A stretch of DNA of 64,000 nucleotides from Anaerolineales bacterium. GTDB lineage: Bacteria > Chloroflexota > Anaerolineae > Anaerolineales > RBG-16-64-43. The stretch lies in the NCBI GenBank assembly GCA_049516595.1, contig JBEKSY010000014.1, forward strand, positions 4,016 through 68,015, given 5' to 3'. Each line of letters opens with the position of its first letter. Position 1 is the stretch's first letter. A program made the translations under genes and the position numbers. Below are positions 62,844-64,000 of this stretch, in pieces. The notes under the pieces were generated by a model. The model saw only the letters and a list, made by a program, of their open reading frames with translations, did not search any database and had not been told where the DNA came from.

Positions 62844-64000
62844 TCAATACTCACCTACGGTTGCCAGGACGTGGACTTCTCTTGTCCCTGGGGCCGGAGG
62901 CAGGATGACGGTTCCCTCGGCGCCCTTTCCATCCACCTCCAGGCGGACTCTGTTCCCTGGCCCTCTCCGCCTCACCTGAATAACGTAGCGGACGTCCCGG
63001 AACTCGCGAGCTACCTCAAAGCCGGACCAGGTGGAGGGCATGACCGGGGCGACCTGCAGCCCCTCAAAGGTCGGGCGGATTCCCAGGATCCACTGCGTGA
63101 TGGCCACGTAGTTCCAGGCCGCCGTTCCGGTGAGCCAGGAATTCTTTGCTTCCCCATAGGTTGGGGCGTCTCGTCCCGCGATCATCTGGGCGTACACGTA
63201 GGGCTCGCACCGATGCACTTCGCTGATGGCTTCACGTGCGGAGGGGTTGATGCGCAGGTAATAGTCATGGGCCCGGTCGCCGTGCCCCATTCTGGCCTCG
63301 GCAATCATGATCCACGGGTTGGTGTGACAGAAAATCCCCCCGTTCTCTTTGTACCCAGGCGGGTAGGATGAGATTTCGCCGAGCTGCAGGTAGTAGCGAC
63401 TGTAGGCAGGCTGCAAGAGCAGGATGCCGTGCGGTGTAGCCAGGCGCGCGGCCACCGCGTCCAGCGCCTGCTCGGCGCGGCCGTTGTCCAGGCCCAGGCC
63501 GGCCATCACGCACAGGCCCTGCGGCTCGATGAAGATCTGTCCCTCCTGGCAATCCTTTGACCCGACCGGTTTGCCGAAATCGTCATAGGCGCGGCAAAAC
63601 CATTGACCGTCCCAGCCTGCCGACCAGACCGCCTTCTCCATGTCCTGCGCCGCCGCGCTGAAAGCCTCCGCATCCTGGGGGCGGCCGAGCCTCTTGGCCA
63701 TGGCGGCCATTTCCCCAGAGGCCAGGACGAACAAGCCTGCGATCAGGACGCTCTCGGCCGTCTTCCCGTCCTTGGTCGCGGTCGTCTGGAAGGATTGGCC
63801 AGGGGTTCCGGAAAAGCAGTTCAGGTTCAAACAGTCGTTCCAGTCGGCGCGTCCGATCAAGGGCAGGCGGTGGGGTCCCCTGCGCTCGAGCGTGTACTCG
63901 GTCGAGCGACGGAGATGCTCGTAGAGCGGCCTCTCGGAGCCGGGCTGGCCGTCGTACGGAACAGGCTCGTCCAGGATCCCCCAATCGCCGGTTTCTTTGA
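62844..64000 (-). CDS. GH94 glycoside phosphorylase (cellodextrin/cellobiose phosphorylase-like), N-terminus outside window
   Basis: My hand translation shows the frame stays open upstream of the track start to the window edge (...DGQPGSERPLYEHLRRSTEYTLERRGPHRLPLIGRADWNDCLNL...). The C-terminal catalytic (alpha/alpha)6 region is paralogous to 59219-61657 (shared GGIF.H.NPW, CEPYVYAQ, NSWLTGTA blocks). Confidence 0.88.
   Translation of the reverse strand, partial: KETGDWGILDEPVPYDGQPGSERPLYEHLRRSTEYTLERRGPHRLPLIGRADWNDCLNLNCFSGTPGQSFQTTATKDGKTAESVLIAGLFVLASGEMAAMAKRLGRPQDAEAFSAAAQDMEKAVWSAGWDGQWFCRAYDDFGKPVGSKDCQEGQIFIEPQGLCVMAGLGLDNGRAEQALDAVAARLATPHGILLLQPAYSRYYLQLGEISSYPPGYKENGGIFCHTNPWIMIAEARMGHGDRAHDYYLRINPSAREAISEVHRCEPYVYAQMIAGRDAPTYGEAKNSWLTGTAAWNYVAITQWILGIRPTFEGLQVAPVMPSTWSGFEVAREFRDVRYVIQVRRRGPGNRVRLEVDGKGAEGTVILPPAPGTREVHVLATVGEY

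Noticed and set aside
1-64000. Mobile elements, CRISPR arrays, tRNA/rRNA genes, defence systems and prophage genes.
   Set aside because: - No transposase, integrase or recombinase-like translation was seen.
- No direct-repeat/spacer array is present.
- There are no tRNA T-arm/anticodon-arm patterns or rRNA-like stretches.
- I recognised no defence-type domains (nuclease/helicase/RT combinations).

Overview
This is a visibly GC-rich bacterial chromosomal segment. I found no rRNA, tRNA, CRISPR array, transposase, integrase or phage genes. All family calls come from reading motifs in the supplied translations; no database search was possible.

I support 49 CDS plus 2 pseudogenes. Many are joined into operons by 4-nt start/stop overlaps (ATGA or GTGA).

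**Gene content**
- An ECF sigma / anti-sigma / ABC exporter chain.
- Methylglyoxal synthase, UppP and TatA-TatC.
- ChrA, cysteine synthase, and a three-gene ABC-2 transporter.
- A DUF362 Fe-S protein and OsmC.
- A two-subunit molybdopterin oxidoreductase and AzlCD.
- A membrane protease followed by a MoxR-DUF58-VWA-VWA (Bat-like) operon.
- An acyl-CoA synthetase and an OmpR/HK pair.
- A lipoprotein serpin divergent from an HtrA protease.
- A GH94-GH5-GH94 cellodextrin cluster.

**Most interesting content: two separate, functionally unassigned glycyl-radical enzyme (GRE) systems**
1. 7771-11911 (-): an 800-aa GRE, a ferredoxin-insert activase, and a translationally coupled tandem split-barrel (PNPOx-like) protein.
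2. 51823-56084 (+): an activase without the ferredoxin insert, coupled to an unusually short 697-aa GRE, followed by a cyclopropane-fatty-acid-synthase-family methyltransferase.

**Second theme: low coding density**
- My CDS calls sum to about 47.8 of 64 kb, roughly three quarters.
- More than 15 GC-rich gaps of 0.5-1.3 kb have no convincing ORF.
- One gap contains a near-consensus promoter, a ~115-nt structured segment and a strong intrinsic terminator. This is a candidate sRNA or leader.

**Smaller oddities**
- A TatA with a C-terminal zinc ribbon.
- A flavodoxin pseudogene carrying an in-frame TAG plus a frameshift.
- A frameshifted GNAT gene.
- A 10-codon remnant where an ABC permease should be.
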